Positions 49,598 through 59,364 of a stretch of DNA of 64,000 nt are shown here, one piece after another. A program made the translations under genes and the position numbers. The first letter of the stretch is position 1. Every line of letters begins with the position of its first letter. Below the pieces are notes generated by a model that worked only from the letters and a program-made list of their open reading frames with translations, did not search any database and was not told the DNA's origin. Source of the DNA: Mycobacteriales bacterium (lineage in GTDB: Bacteria > Actinomycetota > Actinomycetes > JAFAQI01); NCBI GenBank assembly GCA_035547515.1, contig DASZUS010000027.1, positions 9,189 through 73,188 on the forward strand, written 5' to 3'.

Positions 49598-49630
49598 GCT
49601 CTCAGTGTCACGGTGCCGGCACTGTGCCGG

Positions 49631-50212
49631 TCACCCGGCGTGCAGATGGCCGTTCTGCCGCGGACAGATGTGGCCTTCGGGATCCAGCGGGTTGCCGCAC
49701 AGCGGGCACGGCGGCCGGCCCGCGGCAACCACGCGCAGCGCCCGCTTGGCGAACGCCCGGGCGACCGCGGGCGCGATCCGAACTCGCAGCATGTCGGCGT
49801 CGGTGTCGACATCGGACGGCGCGCCCTGCTCGGTGTCGGCGACCACCGACTGCGCCTCGATCACGACCAGCCCGTCGTCTTCGTCCCAGGCCAGGGCAAG
49901 CGTCCCGACCCGGAACTCGTCCTCGATCGGCGAGTCGAGCGGGGCGACATCCTCGAGCTGCGACGGCGCGACCGCAGGCACCAGCGACTCGTCGCCCTGT
50001 CGGCGGCGCACCTCGTCGAGCAGGTCGTCGAGCCGCTCGGCGAGCGCGGCGACCTGCATCTTCTCCAGGACGACAGACACCGTCCGCCCGTGACCACTGG
50101 CCTGCAGGTAGAAGGTTCGCTGGCCCGGCTGGCCCACGGTGCCCGCGACGAACCGCTCCGGCGGGTCGAACGCGAACTCCCGACCAGGCACGTCCTCTAC
50201 CTTGCCCTTCAC
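49631..50212 (-). CDS. DUF3090 family protein
   Basis: 193 aa. FDPPERFVAGTVGQPGQRTFYLQA... and a C-terminal CPLCGNPLDPEGHICPRQNGH zinc ribbon. Confidence 0.65.
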   Translation of the reverse strand: MKGKVEDVPGREFAFDPPERFVAGTVGQPGQRTFYLQASGHGRTVSVVLEKMQVAALAERLDDLLDEVRRRQGDESLVPAVAPSQLEDVAPLDSPIEDEFRVGTLALAWDEDDGLVVIEAQSVVADTEQGAPSDVDTDADMLRVRIAPAVARAFAKRALRVVAAGRPPCPLCGNPLDPEGHICPRQNGHLHAG

Positions 50213-50281
50213 CCGAATGCGGCCCGGCTCCGCCGGTTGCGCCCACCATAGATGGCGGGTGGTCCGGCGCCCTCCGGCGTA

Positions 50282-50971
50282 CTAGCCGGCGCCGCCGGCG
50301 CCCCCGCCGACCGCAGCGTCGGAGGATCGTTTGCGGCGCTTGCGAGGGCGCGGGATCAGCCCCGCGAGGTCACCGCCGATGTCGTTTGTCCGGACCACGA
50401 AGGGCCGCAGGTCGGTGTAGGTGACGATCGAGACCGACGCCGGATCCACCACGATCCGCTGGAAGGCGTCCAGGTGCAGGCCAAGCGCGTCGGCGAGGAT
50501 CGCCTTGATCACGTCGCCGTGGCTGACGGCGACCCACGTGGCGTCCGGTCCCAGCCGCGCGTTGTGGTGGCGTACGGCGTCGACGGCACGGGCCTGGGTG
50601 TCGCGCAACGCCTCGCCACCGGGGAAGGTCACGGCGCTGGGGTGCGCCTGGACCACCTTCCACAGCGGGTCCTTGGCGAGGGTCTTGAGCGGCTGGCCCT
50701 GCCAGTCGCCGTAGCGGCACTCCCCGAGCCGGTCGTCGGTCTCTATCGTCAGCCCCTCGCGATCGCCGAGCAGCGCCTGGGCCGTCTCCTGACACCGCTC
50801 CAGCGGGCTGCTGACGATCGCGGTCAACGGGATCTTGGCCAGCCGCGCCGACAGCGCGGCCACCTGGTCGCGCCCCTTGTCGGCGAGGTGCACGCCGGGC
50901 GTCCAACCGGCGAGCGTTCCGCCGGTGTTGGCGTCGGTCAGCCCGTGCCGCACGAGCAGAACGGTGGTCAC
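50282..50971 (-). CDS. Histidine phosphatase family protein (MSMEG_4193-type putative phosphomutase/phosphatase)
   Basis: 229 aa. LLVRHGLTDAN (RHG catalytic motif), SSPLERCQET and VSHGDVIK. Confidence 0.8.
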   Translation of the reverse strand: MTTVLLVRHGLTDANTGGTLAGWTPGVHLADKGRDQVAALSARLAKIPLTAIVSSPLERCQETAQALLGDREGLTIETDDRLGECRYGDWQGQPLKTLAKDPLWKVVQAHPSAVTFPGGEALRDTQARAVDAVRHHNARLGPDATWVAVSHGDVIKAILADALGLHLDAFQRIVVDPASVSIVTYTDLRPFVVRTNDIGGDLAGLIPRPRKRRKRSSDAAVGGGAGGAG

Positions 50972-50983
50972 CGAACCGGCCGG

Positions 50984-52033
50984 CTAGTCACCGACGCCGG
51001 ACTTGTCGAGTGCCTCGGCGAGGGATCGCAGGGTCGCGAGCCGTTCGTCGAGAGACCCGCCGTAGCTGCTCACGTTGACGGTGGTGACCCCGGATGCGGC
51101 CAGCGCCTGCATCCGCTCCGCGATCCGGTCGACCGGACCGATCAGTGAGGTGCGGTCGATGAACTCCAGCGGGACCGCCGCCGCTGCCTCGTCGTACTTC
51201 TTGTCGAGGTAGAGGTCCTGGATCTCGCCGGCTTCCTTCTCGAAGCCCATGCGGCAGGCAAGCCGGTTGTAGAAGTTCTGCTCGCGTGACCCCATGCCGC
51301 CGATGTAGAGCGCCGCGTAGCCGCGGATCGGGTCCGCGCAGGCTTCGACCGAGTCTCCGATGATCACCGGAGTAGTCGGCATGACGTCGAACGGGGCGTC
51401 GGCTCGTCCGGCCTTGTCCTTGCCGGCCTGCACGGACTTGAGCAGCTCGGGCGCGAACTCGGGGTCGTAGAAGATCGCGAGCCAGCCGTCGCATTTCTCC
51501 CCGGCCAGCTCGAGGTTCTTCGGTCCGATCGCCGCGAGGTAGATCGGTACGTGCTCCCGGATCGGGTGGATGATCATCTTGAGCGCCTTGCCGGGTCCGT
51601 CGGGCAGCGGCAGGACGTAGTGCTCGCCGTCGTACTGGACACGCTCGCGCGCGAGTGCCAGCCGCACGATGTCGATGTACTCGCGGGTACGCGCGACCGG
51701 CTTGTCGAACCGGACGCCGTGCCAACCCTCTGACACCTGCGGTCCCGAGACTCCGAGCCCGAGCCGGAAGCGGCCGCCGGACAAGGTGTCGATCGTCGCG
51801 GCCGTCATCGCCGCCATCGCGGGCGAGCGACCGGGGATCTGGAAGATGCCGCTGCCGAGCTCGATCTTCGTCGTCTTCGCGGCCAGCCACGCAAGGACGG
51901 TGGCCGCGTCGTTGCCGTACGCCTCAGCGGTCCAGACGCTGGTGTATCCCAGGCGCTCCGCCTCGAGGATGATGGCGACGTTGTCGCCGTCGCTGGTCAG
52001 GCCCCAGTAGCCGAGATTCAGTGCGAGTCGCAT
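50984..52033 (-). CDS. LLM-class F420-dependent oxidoreductase
   Basis: 349 aa. A luciferase-like TIM barrel pattern (GYTSVWTAEAYGNDA, GRFRLGLGVSGPQVSEGWHG). Confidence 0.75.
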   Translation of the reverse strand: MRLALNLGYWGLTSDGDNVAIILEAERLGYTSVWTAEAYGNDAATVLAWLAAKTTKIELGSGIFQIPGRSPAMAAMTAATIDTLSGGRFRLGLGVSGPQVSEGWHGVRFDKPVARTREYIDIVRLALARERVQYDGEHYVLPLPDGPGKALKMIIHPIREHVPIYLAAIGPKNLELAGEKCDGWLAIFYDPEFAPELLKSVQAGKDKAGRADAPFDVMPTTPVIIGDSVEACADPIRGYAALYIGGMGSREQNFYNRLACRMGFEKEAGEIQDLYLDKKYDEAAAAVPLEFIDRTSLIGPVDRIAERMQALAASGVTTVNVSSYGGSLDERLATLRSLAEALDKSGVGD

Positions 52034-52164
52034 TGGCGCAGCGTAGTGGGCAGGTCGGATCAGGCCGTTCGGTGCGTCGTGCCGGCAGCCTGCGTAGCCG
52101 CGGATAGCGTGGCGGACGTGGGTGCCGGCGCGGGCGGCTCCGCTGGTGCGCGGTTGGCGGGGAG

Positions 52165-53154
52165 GTGGATGTGAGGCAGCGCAGGCTCGGTACGACGGGT
52201 CTCTACGTGTCGCAGCTCGCCCTCGGCACCATGGGTTGGGGGCGTGACACCGACACCGAGGACGCCGCGAACCAGCTTCGTGCCTTTCTCGACGCGGGGG
52301 GCAACCTGGTCGACACCGCGAACGTCTACGTCAACGGCGAGAGCGAGCGGATCCTCGGGAAGCTGCTGGGCACGGTCGTCAAGCGCGACGACGTGGTGCT
52401 GGCGACCAAGGCGGGCCTGCGCCGCGGCGAGGAGCGCGACCGTGACGCGTCGCGCCGCCACCTGCTCGACGCGCTCGATCAGTCACTGCAACGTCTCGAC
52501 ACCGATCACGTAGACCTGTGGCAGCTGCACCAGTGGGATCCGCGAACCCCACTCGAGGAGACCCTCGCCGCGCTCGACACTGCCGTCGAGACCGGACGCA
52601 CGCGCTACGTCGGGATCAGCAACTACTCCGGATGGCAGACCGCCAAGGCCGCGACCTGGCAGAAGGCGTGGCCGGGACGGGCACCGATCTGCTCGACCCA
52701 GGTGGAGTACTCGTTGCTGCAACGCGGCGTCGAGCGCGAGGTCGTACCGGCGACGCTGAGCCTTGGCATGGGCATCCTTGCCTGGTCCCCGCTCGGCCGC
52801 GGCGTGCTCACCGGGAAGTACCAGGCCGGCACGCCCGCGGACTCGCGCGGCGCTTCGCGTGACTACGGCAACTTCATCCGGCCCTATCTCGACGAGCGAG
52901 CGTCGCGCATCGTCGGCGCGGTCCTGACCGCGGCAGACGGGCTCGGGGTGTCACCGCTGGCCGTCGCCCTCGCATGGGTCCGCGACCAGGTCGGGGTCAC
53001 CGCCCCGGTGATCGGCGCGCGCACCACGGCCCAGCTGCGTGCCTCGCTGAGCGCCGACTCGACGACATTGCCGGACGAGATCCGCAGCGCACTCGACGAG
53101 ATCTCTGCTCCGGAGATCGGCTATCCCGAGGCGCCGTCGCCGCGCGACCGCTGA
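52165..53154 (+). CDS. Aldo/keto reductase
   Basis: 329 aa. LGTMGWG, VDTANVY, DLWQLHQWD and GISNYSGWQ. Confidence 0.85.
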   Translation: MDVRQRRLGTTGLYVSQLALGTMGWGRDTDTEDAANQLRAFLDAGGNLVDTANVYVNGESERILGKLLGTVVKRDDVVLATKAGLRRGEERDRDASRRHLLDALDQSLQRLDTDHVDLWQLHQWDPRTPLEETLAALDTAVETGRTRYVGISNYSGWQTAKAATWQKAWPGRAPICSTQVEYSLLQRGVEREVVPATLSLGMGILAWSPLGRGVLTGKYQAGTPADSRGASRDYGNFIRPYLDERASRIVGAVLTAADGLGVSPLAVALAWVRDQVGVTAPVIGARTTAQLRASLSADSTTLPDEIRSALDEISAPEIGYPEAPSPRDR

Positions 53155-53158
53155 CCGC

Positions 53159-55036
53159 GTGGACTCTGCGTTCGAGGCATTCTGCGAGGCCGGGCTGTGG
53201 CCTGGGCTCGGCGCGCTTGCTGCTTCGCTCCCGGCCGCGCACATCAACTCACCCGACGACGTGACGCCCGGCGCCCTCGCTGCGATCGACGGGGTCTCGA
53301 AGCTGCGCGCCGAGCAGCTCGCAAAAGCCTTCTACGGCGCCGTTCCCCGGTTGGCCGTCGCCGAGCTGCTGTTTGCGGCGAGCCTGCCGGTACGTCCGGC
53401 GTTCGGCGCGGTGGAGCTGTTCGGTGCCGAGGCCCCGCACCTGCTGCGTGAGGACCCGTGGCGCCTGCTCGAAGTCGCAGGCGTCGACGTGCGCACTGCC
53501 GACCGGTTCGCTCTTGCCACGCTTGACGATCGGCCCGAGAAGACCGACCCACGGCGCGGCTGCGCCCAGGTCGTCTACGCGCTGACCCGTGCCGCGCGGG
53601 ACGGCCACACCGTCTTGCCCGCGGCGACCCTCAGCGCGGCGCTGTCCGGCCTGGACGCGCCGGACCCGGAGGCTGCCCTCTACGCGGCCGTGGCGGACGG
53701 GAGGGTCCTGCGCTTCGAGGAAGCCGACGGAGCCGTCGTCTATGGGTTGGAGCGCTACGCGATCGCCGAGGACGCGATCGCCGAAGGCATCGCCCGGCTG
53801 GTCGCATCCGCGTCGGCCCTCTGCGAGCCCGAGGACGCCATCCGCAGCGAGGACGAGCTCGACGAGACCCAGCGCCGCGCCGTCGCTGCGCTTGCTGCGC
53901 ACGGGGTGTCGGTCCTGCACGGCGGGCCCGGGACCGGCAAGAGCCGGACCGTCGCTGCGGTCGTCGAGCTTGCCGAGCGACTGGGCAAGCGGGTGGCGCT
54001 TGCCGCGCCGACGGGCCGTGCCGCTAAGCGGCTCGCGACCCTCACCAACCGCGAGGCGTCGACGCTTCACCGGCTGCTCGGCGCGCAAGGTCGCTCTGGA
54101 GAGTTCGCACGCGGCGAGGGCTGGCCGATCGATGCCGACGTGGTCGTCGTGGACGAGACGTCGATGCTCGACGTCGAGCTTGCCGCGGCGCTGATCGAGG
54201 CGTGCGCCGATCACACCCATCTGATGCTCGTCGGCGATCCCGCCCAGCTGCCTTCCATCGGCGCCGGCCGCGTGCTCGGCGATGTGCTCGACTCCGCCGC
54301 CGTACCGGCCACCGAGCTCACCACGCTCTACCGGCAAGCGGAGGGCGGCTCGATCGCCCGGCTGGCGACCGCGGTGCACCACGGCGAGCTGCCGGTGGTC
54401 GAGGACCCGACCCGAGAGGTGGTGGTGATCGCAGCCGACGGGCCTGCCGACGCTGCCAAGCGGGTCGCGCAGCTCGTCACCGACTCGATCCCCCGCGCCC
54501 TGGGCATCGACCCGTCGGAGATACAGGTCATCACTCCGGTGCACCGGGGCGCCGCCGGGACACAGGCGCTCAACGCCGTGCTCAAGGCCGCGCTCAACCC
54601 CGGAACCGGGTCGGTTCGCGGGTTCGGTGTGGGCGACCGGGTCGTCGCGACTGCGAACCACCTCGACGACGGGTTCGCCAACGGCGAAGTCGGCGTGGTC
54701 ACCGACGACGGCCAGGGCCAGCTCGTCGTCGACTTCGGTGCCGGCCCAGTCTCGGTGCCGGGCAAGGCGTTGCACGACATCGTCCATGGCTGGGCGATCA
54801 CGGTGCACCGCGCGCAAGGGTCGGAGTGGCCGGCGGTCGTCGTCGTACTCCCGCCAGAGGCCAGCGGGATGTTGTCCCGACCGCTGGTCTACACGGCCTT
54901 CACCCGGGCGCAACGCCACCTGTCGATCGTCCACGCGGCGGGTCCGGCGCTGGCCCGCGGCGTACGCGAGGTCGGGGCGCGCCCGCGGCGTACCAGGCTG
55001 GCGGGCCTGCTGCAGGAGCAGCGGCTGACGCGCTAG
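53159..55036 (+). CDS. RecD2-like SF1 ATP-dependent DNA helicase
   Basis: 625 aa. Walker A GGPGTGKSRT, VVVDETSMLD, GDPAQLPSIG, and a C-terminal AITVHRAQGSEW...YTAFTRA. Confidence 0.8.
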   Translation: MDSAFEAFCEAGLWPGLGALAASLPAAHINSPDDVTPGALAAIDGVSKLRAEQLAKAFYGAVPRLAVAELLFAASLPVRPAFGAVELFGAEAPHLLREDPWRLLEVAGVDVRTADRFALATLDDRPEKTDPRRGCAQVVYALTRAARDGHTVLPAATLSAALSGLDAPDPEAALYAAVADGRVLRFEEADGAVVYGLERYAIAEDAIAEGIARLVASASALCEPEDAIRSEDELDETQRRAVAALAAHGVSVLHGGPGTGKSRTVAAVVELAERLGKRVALAAPTGRAAKRLATLTNREASTLHRLLGAQGRSGEFARGEGWPIDADVVVVDETSMLDVELAAALIEACADHTHLMLVGDPAQLPSIGAGRVLGDVLDSAAVPATELTTLYRQAEGGSIARLATAVHHGELPVVEDPTREVVVIAADGPADAAKRVAQLVTDSIPRALGIDPSEIQVITPVHRGAAGTQALNAVLKAALNPGTGSVRGFGVGDRVVATANHLDDGFANGEVGVVTDDGQGQLVVDFGAGPVSVPGKALHDIVHGWAITVHRAQGSEWPAVVVVLPPEASGMLSRPLVYTAFTRAQRHLSIVHAAGPALARGVREVGARPRRTRLAGLLQEQRLTR

Positions 55037-56337
55037 GCGTTCGCGAGGAAGCGGCTCAGCACCCGGGTGCCGAACTGCAGTCCGTCCACCGGCACCCGCT
55101 CGTCGACGCCGTGGAACATGCCGATGAAGTCCAGGTCAGGCGGAAGGCGCAGCGGCGAGAATCCGAAGCAACGCATCCCGAGCTCGGAGAACGACTTGGC
55201 GTCGGTCCCGCCGGAGAGCGCGTACGGGATCACCCGCGCATCGGGGTCCTCGTCGACGATCGCCGCCGTCATCGCTGCGACGAGGTCACCGTCGAAGGTG
55301 GTCTCATAGGCGATCTGGGTCTGGACCACCTCGATCGCGACGTCCGGCCCGACCACCTCGGCGAGCTGTCGCCGGAACTCCTCCTCACCTCCCGGCAGGA
55401 AGCGGCAGTCGAGGTAGGCGTAGGCGTCACCAGGGATCACGTTCTGCTTGTAGCCGGCCTCGAGCATCGTCGGGTTCGCGGTGTGGCGAACCGTCGCACC
55501 GACCATCCGCGCGAGCGGGCCGAGCTTGCCGAGTACTCCCTCGACGTCGTTCGGGTCGAACGCCAGGCCGAGCGCGTCGCACACTTCACGCAGGAACGTC
55601 TCGACCGTCGGGTTCAGCTCGATCGGGAAGGTGTGCCGGCCGACCCGCGCGACTGCCTCTGCGAGCGCCGTGACCGCGTTGTCGTCGTTGAGCATCGAGC
55701 CGTGCCCGGCTTTGCCCTTCGCGACCAGCCGCAGCCAGGCGATTCCCTTCTCTGCGGTCTCGACGGCGTACAGGCGGCGGCCGCCGACCGTGAACGAGAA
55801 CCCGCCAACCTCACTGACCGCCTCGGTGCACCCTTCGAACAGATCCGGATGGTTGTCGACCAGATGGTGCGCGCCGTACACGCCGCCGGCCTCCTCGTCG
55901 GCGACGAACGCAAGCACCACGTCGCGCGGCGGTCGCTTGCCCTCGCGGGTCCAGTCGGCGAGGAGGGCCAGGACCATCGCGTCCATGTCCTTCATGTCGA
56001 CCGCGCCGCGGCCCCACACGCAGCCGTCGCGCACCTCACCGGAGAACGGGTCGACCTGCCAGTCCGCGGCGTTCGCGGGGACCACATCGAGGTGGCCGTG
56101 GATCAGCAGCGCGTCGCGGTCCGAGCTCTCGCCCGACCATCGAGCAACGACGCTGGCGCGTCCGGGTTGCGACTCGTAGATCTCGGGAGTCAGCCCGCAG
56201 TCGGTCAGCCGGGCGGCCACCCACTCGGCGGCGGCGCGCTCGTTGCTGGTCGGGTTGGTGGAGTCGATCCGGATGAGGTCCCGGCAGATCTCGACGACCT
56301 CGTCGCCGGCGCGGTCGGTTACTCCCGGCTCGGTCAT
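55033..56337 (-). CDS. M20/M25/M40 family metallopeptidase (dipeptidase-like)
   Basis: Reads MTEPGVTDRAGDEVVEICRDLIRIDSTNP..., HGHLDVVP, GRGAVDMKD and DEEAGG from the ATG at 56337. Confidence 0.85.
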   Translation of the reverse strand: MTEPGVTDRAGDEVVEICRDLIRIDSTNPTSNERAAAEWVAARLTDCGLTPEIYESQPGRASVVARWSGESSDRDALLIHGHLDVVPANAADWQVDPFSGEVRDGCVWGRGAVDMKDMDAMVLALLADWTREGKRPPRDVVLAFVADEEAGGVYGAHHLVDNHPDLFEGCTEAVSEVGGFSFTVGGRRLYAVETAEKGIAWLRLVAKGKAGHGSMLNDDNAVTALAEAVARVGRHTFPIELNPTVETFLREVCDALGLAFDPNDVEGVLGKLGPLARMVGATVRHTANPTMLEAGYKQNVIPGDAYAYLDCRFLPGGEEEFRRQLAEVVGPDVAIEVVQTQIAYETTFDGDLVAAMTAAIVDEDPDARVIPYALSGGTDAKSFSELGMRCFGFSPLRLPPDLDFIGMFHGVDERVPVDGLQFGTRVLSRFLANA

Positions 56338-56368
56338 GGCGTGTTCCTCTCCAGGTCGTGCGGCGACG

Positions 56369-57394
56369 CTACGCAGCGCCGCCGAATGCGCCGAGCAGGC
56401 TTGCCAGCGTCGACGCATCCGCGGCGGTCGCTCCCGCAGGCGCCGCGATCTTGCCACCTGTCGGGGTCAGGCTCAGGTCGAGGGGCAGCGTCACGTCCGC
56501 GGTGGTGACGATCTGGCCGAGATCGAACCTCAGCGTGCTCAGGGAGCCGTGCGTGATGGTGGCGTCGAGGGTGACGGCCTTGTCCGGCAGGTGCGACACG
56601 TCGAGTGAGGCTGCGCCAGGGACCAGGGTTGCGAAGGTGGACGCGACGTCGCCAGCCAGCGAGCGGAGGTTTGCGGTCAGCGCCAGACGGTCGGTGATGC
56701 CCGAGCCGGTGCGCACGACGGTGACGTCCTTGGTGAGGAGGCCCTCGATCGCCGCGAGGAAGGCGTGCGAGGCGCCGGGAGCCGCCGATGCGGTCGAGCT
56801 GCCGTGTGAGAGCTGCTTCACCTCGGCGATGGGCAGCGACACCCACTCCCCCTTGACCAGCGCGGCGAGAAAGCTCGGAAGCTGGCTGGACGACGCGCTC
56901 AGAGTGCGGAAGGTCGAGGCCCGACCGAGGTCGTTCAGCACGTCCTTCAGGTCGGCTTGCAGATACAGCGTCCCCTTGACGGCGCGGATCGTCACAAGCT
57001 TCTTAGACCCGTCCGCCACCGCGATGTTGGCCGACCCGCCGTCGGAGATTCCGGTCAGCTGCGAGAGCTTCTCGCCGTTGGGTGCCGCGACCTCGAAGGA
57101 TGCCGTGAGGCGCGAGATCACTGCGGCCTCGGTGGCGGTCAGATGGACGCTGGGATCGCGGGCTTTCAGGAAGGCCAGCACGTCGTGTCCACTGCCCTCG
57201 AGGTGCATCGTCCCGGTGAGGGTCGAGGCGGCGGTCAGTGCCTGCACCGAGTTGACCAGCTCGGCTTGCCCGCTCTGTGACGAGCTGTCTGCGGTGTTCG
57301 TCGAGCCGCCGGCCGAGCTTCCCCCGCCGCAGCCGGCGAGCAGGCCTGCCGCGGCGGTCAGAGCGACAGCGGCAAGCGCGGTACGGCGCGGCAT
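56369..57394 (-). CDS. Putative lipoprotein
   Basis: Reads MPRRTALAAVALTAAAGLLAGCGGGS from the ATG at 57394 (lipobox LAGC). The rest is Ser/Thr/Ala-rich and beta-rich. The family is unknown. Confidence 0.6.
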   Translation of the reverse strand: MPRRTALAAVALTAAAGLLAGCGGGSSAGGSTNTADSSSQSGQAELVNSVQALTAASTLTGTMHLEGSGHDVLAFLKARDPSVHLTATEAAVISRLTASFEVAAPNGEKLSQLTGISDGGSANIAVADGSKKLVTIRAVKGTLYLQADLKDVLNDLGRASTFRTLSASSSQLPSFLAALVKGEWVSLPIAEVKQLSHGSSTASAAPGASHAFLAAIEGLLTKDVTVVRTGSGITDRLALTANLRSLAGDVASTFATLVPGAASLDVSHLPDKAVTLDATITHGSLSTLRFDLGQIVTTADVTLPLDLSLTPTGGKIAAPAGATAADASTLASLLGAFGGAA

Positions 57395-57485
57395 GTACTT
57401 CCCCACGACTATCGGGTTGGGCGACGCCTGAACGTTACTCCGCAGTGGGCTACAGCCCGGCGGCATAACCGCCGAATCCCCCTCC

Positions 57486-58580
57486 GTGGGGGTTCTCACA
57501 GCGCTGCGTCGTGCCCGCACGGGGGTTCCCGTGCTGGCCGCGCTCGCGCTTGCCGTCGCGGGCGGCATAGTGCCCTTCGCGACCTCGTCGGCTGATGCCG
57601 CGACGAGCGGTGATGTCGCACAGCTGCTGGCGAAGGTGGACCGCCTCCAAGCCCAGGTGGACCGCGCCGAGCACCGCTACGCGCGATCGTTCACGAGCGT
57701 CACGCAGAGCGTCAGCCGCGCGATCAGCGCCGACCAGGCGAGCAACGCGGCGGAGGTGCAGGCTGCCAACGCCCAGACCCAGCTCCTCGACCGGGTCCGC
57801 GGTCTCTACGAGTCCGGCGGCCCGCTCGAGGCCTACGCGCAGCTGCTCGAGACCGGTGACATCACCAGCTCGCTGGATCGCACCATGCTGGCCAGCCACG
57901 TCGTGTCGGCACAGGTCGCCGACGTGCACGCGGTGCAGCAGCGTGCCGCCGTGGCACAGCACGCCGCGCGCCGGGCCGAGCACAACGAGCACGTCAGGAT
58001 CGTGACCGTGGCGGTCATCGAACGGGCCGCGAGCCATGTCGCCGCGCTGCTCGCCCATCAGCGGAAGCTGCTCGCCAGCGCCAACCAGGCTCTTGCCGCC
58101 GTCCAGCAGGCGAACGCGACGCTGACCGAGCAGACGGCGCACTTCAGCTCGATCGGCACCGCCGCAGCCGCGAACACGTCGGGCCTGAAGATCCTGCCGC
58201 CGTCCCAGGAGTACCTGTCGCTGTACCAGAGCGCGGCGTCGTACTGCTCGGGCCTGTCCTGGACGATCCTTGCGGCGATCGGGCAGGTCGAGAGTGGCCA
58301 TGGCCGCAACGACGGCCCGTCGTACGCCGGGGCGATGGGCCCGATGCAGTTCGAGCCGTCGACCTTCGAGGCATACGCGATCGACGGCGACCGGGACGGC
58401 GTGAAGAACATCGACGACCCGGCCGACGCGATCTACACCGCCGCGAACTACCTGTGCGCCAACGGCGCGGGCCGCGGCGGCAGCGCGCTGTACAACGCGA
58501 TCTGGCACTACAACCACGCCGACTGGTACGTCAGCATGGTCGAGAACCTCGCGAGCCTCTATGCCACTGCGTACGCCTGA
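57486..58580 (+). CDS. Secreted lytic transglycosylase domain protein with N-terminal coiled coil
   Basis: Signal peptide, then a C-terminal ILAAIGQVESGHGRN...GAMGPMQFEPSTFEAY...ADAIYTAANYLC (SLT-like catalytic Glu region). Confidence 0.75.
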   Translation: MGVLTALRRARTGVPVLAALALAVAGGIVPFATSSADAATSGDVAQLLAKVDRLQAQVDRAEHRYARSFTSVTQSVSRAISADQASNAAEVQAANAQTQLLDRVRGLYESGGPLEAYAQLLETGDITSSLDRTMLASHVVSAQVADVHAVQQRAAVAQHAARRAEHNEHVRIVTVAVIERAASHVAALLAHQRKLLASANQALAAVQQANATLTEQTAHFSSIGTAAAANTSGLKILPPSQEYLSLYQSAASYCSGLSWTILAAIGQVESGHGRNDGPSYAGAMGPMQFEPSTFEAYAIDGDRDGVKNIDDPADAIYTAANYLCANGAGRGGSALYNAIWHYNHADWYVSMVENLASLYATAYA

Positions 58581-58644
58581 GCCGTCGCTTCGCCTCTTGT
58601 AGACTCGCCGAGCCGATTGCACGCGTGCATCGCGGTCGGCCCAC

Positions 58645-58732
58645 GTCGGAGTGGCGGAATGGCAGACGCGCTAGCTTGAGGTGCTAGTGCCCTTTAACGG
58701 GCGTGGGGGTTCAAGTCCCCCCTCCGACACCA
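58645..58732 (+). tRNA. tRNA-Leu (anticodon GAG), CCA encoded
   Basis: GTCGGAGTGGCGGAATGGCAGACGCGCTAGCTTGAGGTGCTAGTGCCCTTTAACGGGCGTGGGGGTTCAAGTCCCCCCTCCGACACCA. Acceptor GTCGGAG/CTCCGAC, anticodon loop TTGAGGT, a long variable arm and a GGTTCAAGTCC T-loop. Confidence 0.9.
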
Positions 58733-58857
58733 TCTGCAAGCCCCCGACCTGCGGTTTTACCCGCGATTCCGGCTCGCTCTGGCGCTCGGGGGGTTTGCGG
58801 GGGGTCTATCACTACTTGAGGGTTGCGGCGTGCGCATCCTCTTCATGATCGCTCGTG

Positions 58858-59364
58858 TCAGTCGACGTCAACGTCGGGCAGCGTGCGTGCCAGCTCATCG
58901 TCAACGTCCAGGCCATAACTTGCTGCGACGATCGCGACCTGCATGCCAACGCCCGCCCTTAATTCGCCGAGTGCTTCTCCGAACCAGTAATCGTGCATAG
59001 CCCACCGACCATCTCGGTAGAGGTGGCGAGCTCTCGCCTCATCGCTATGTCGGGGCTCGCTTGCGCCAACACGCTCAAGGAACTGAAGGCAGTACCGGCG
59101 ACCAATTCGTAGAGCGCGTTCGAGTTCCTTCGCGATGCCGCCCTCGCCGAGCAACTCGGTGATGAAGTCTCGAATTTGTAGCACTGACGTGACGCATTGC
59201 TCTGGCACTTCGTCGGAGTAGGTCGAGAACAAAACTCTGCGAGCTTCGACGAAGGTGATGAACTTGCGAGCGACCGCGACGTCGACTGTCGGCGGCGTCC
59301 ACGAAACCCCGAAGATGGGCGTGCTCAACCCGTTCACGCGCGCCGCGATCTCTGCGAACTTCAT
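58858..59364 (-). CDS. Hypothetical 168-aa protein, translationally coupled partner of the SIR2-like gene
   Basis: Its ATG overlaps the SIR2 TGA (ATGA at 59361-59364). [25 protein letters not shown]... with an acidic DVDVD C-terminus. No TM or NTPase motifs. No family I can name with confidence. Confidence 0.6.
   Translation of the reverse strand: MKFAEIAARVNGLSTPIFGVSWTPPTVDVAVARKFITFVEARRVLFSTYSDEVPEQCVTSVLQIRDFITELLGEGGIAKELERALRIGRRYCLQFLERVGASEPRHSDEARARHLYRDGRWAMHDYWFGEALGELRAGVGMQVAIVAASYGLDVDDELARTLPDVDVD

Noticed and set aside
54202-56508. 768-aa plus-strand ORF overlapping the recD2-like 3' end and the whole M20 peptidase gene
   Set aside because: It is out of frame or antisense to two genes with clear motifs, and the sequence is extremely Arg/Gly/Pro-rich. 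Artefact.
58733-58857. Search for an att core or direct repeat of the tRNA-Leu 3' end within the window
   Set aside because: I found no second copy of the tRNA 3' segment between 58733 and 64000. attR must lie beyond the window, so the element limits cannot be set here.
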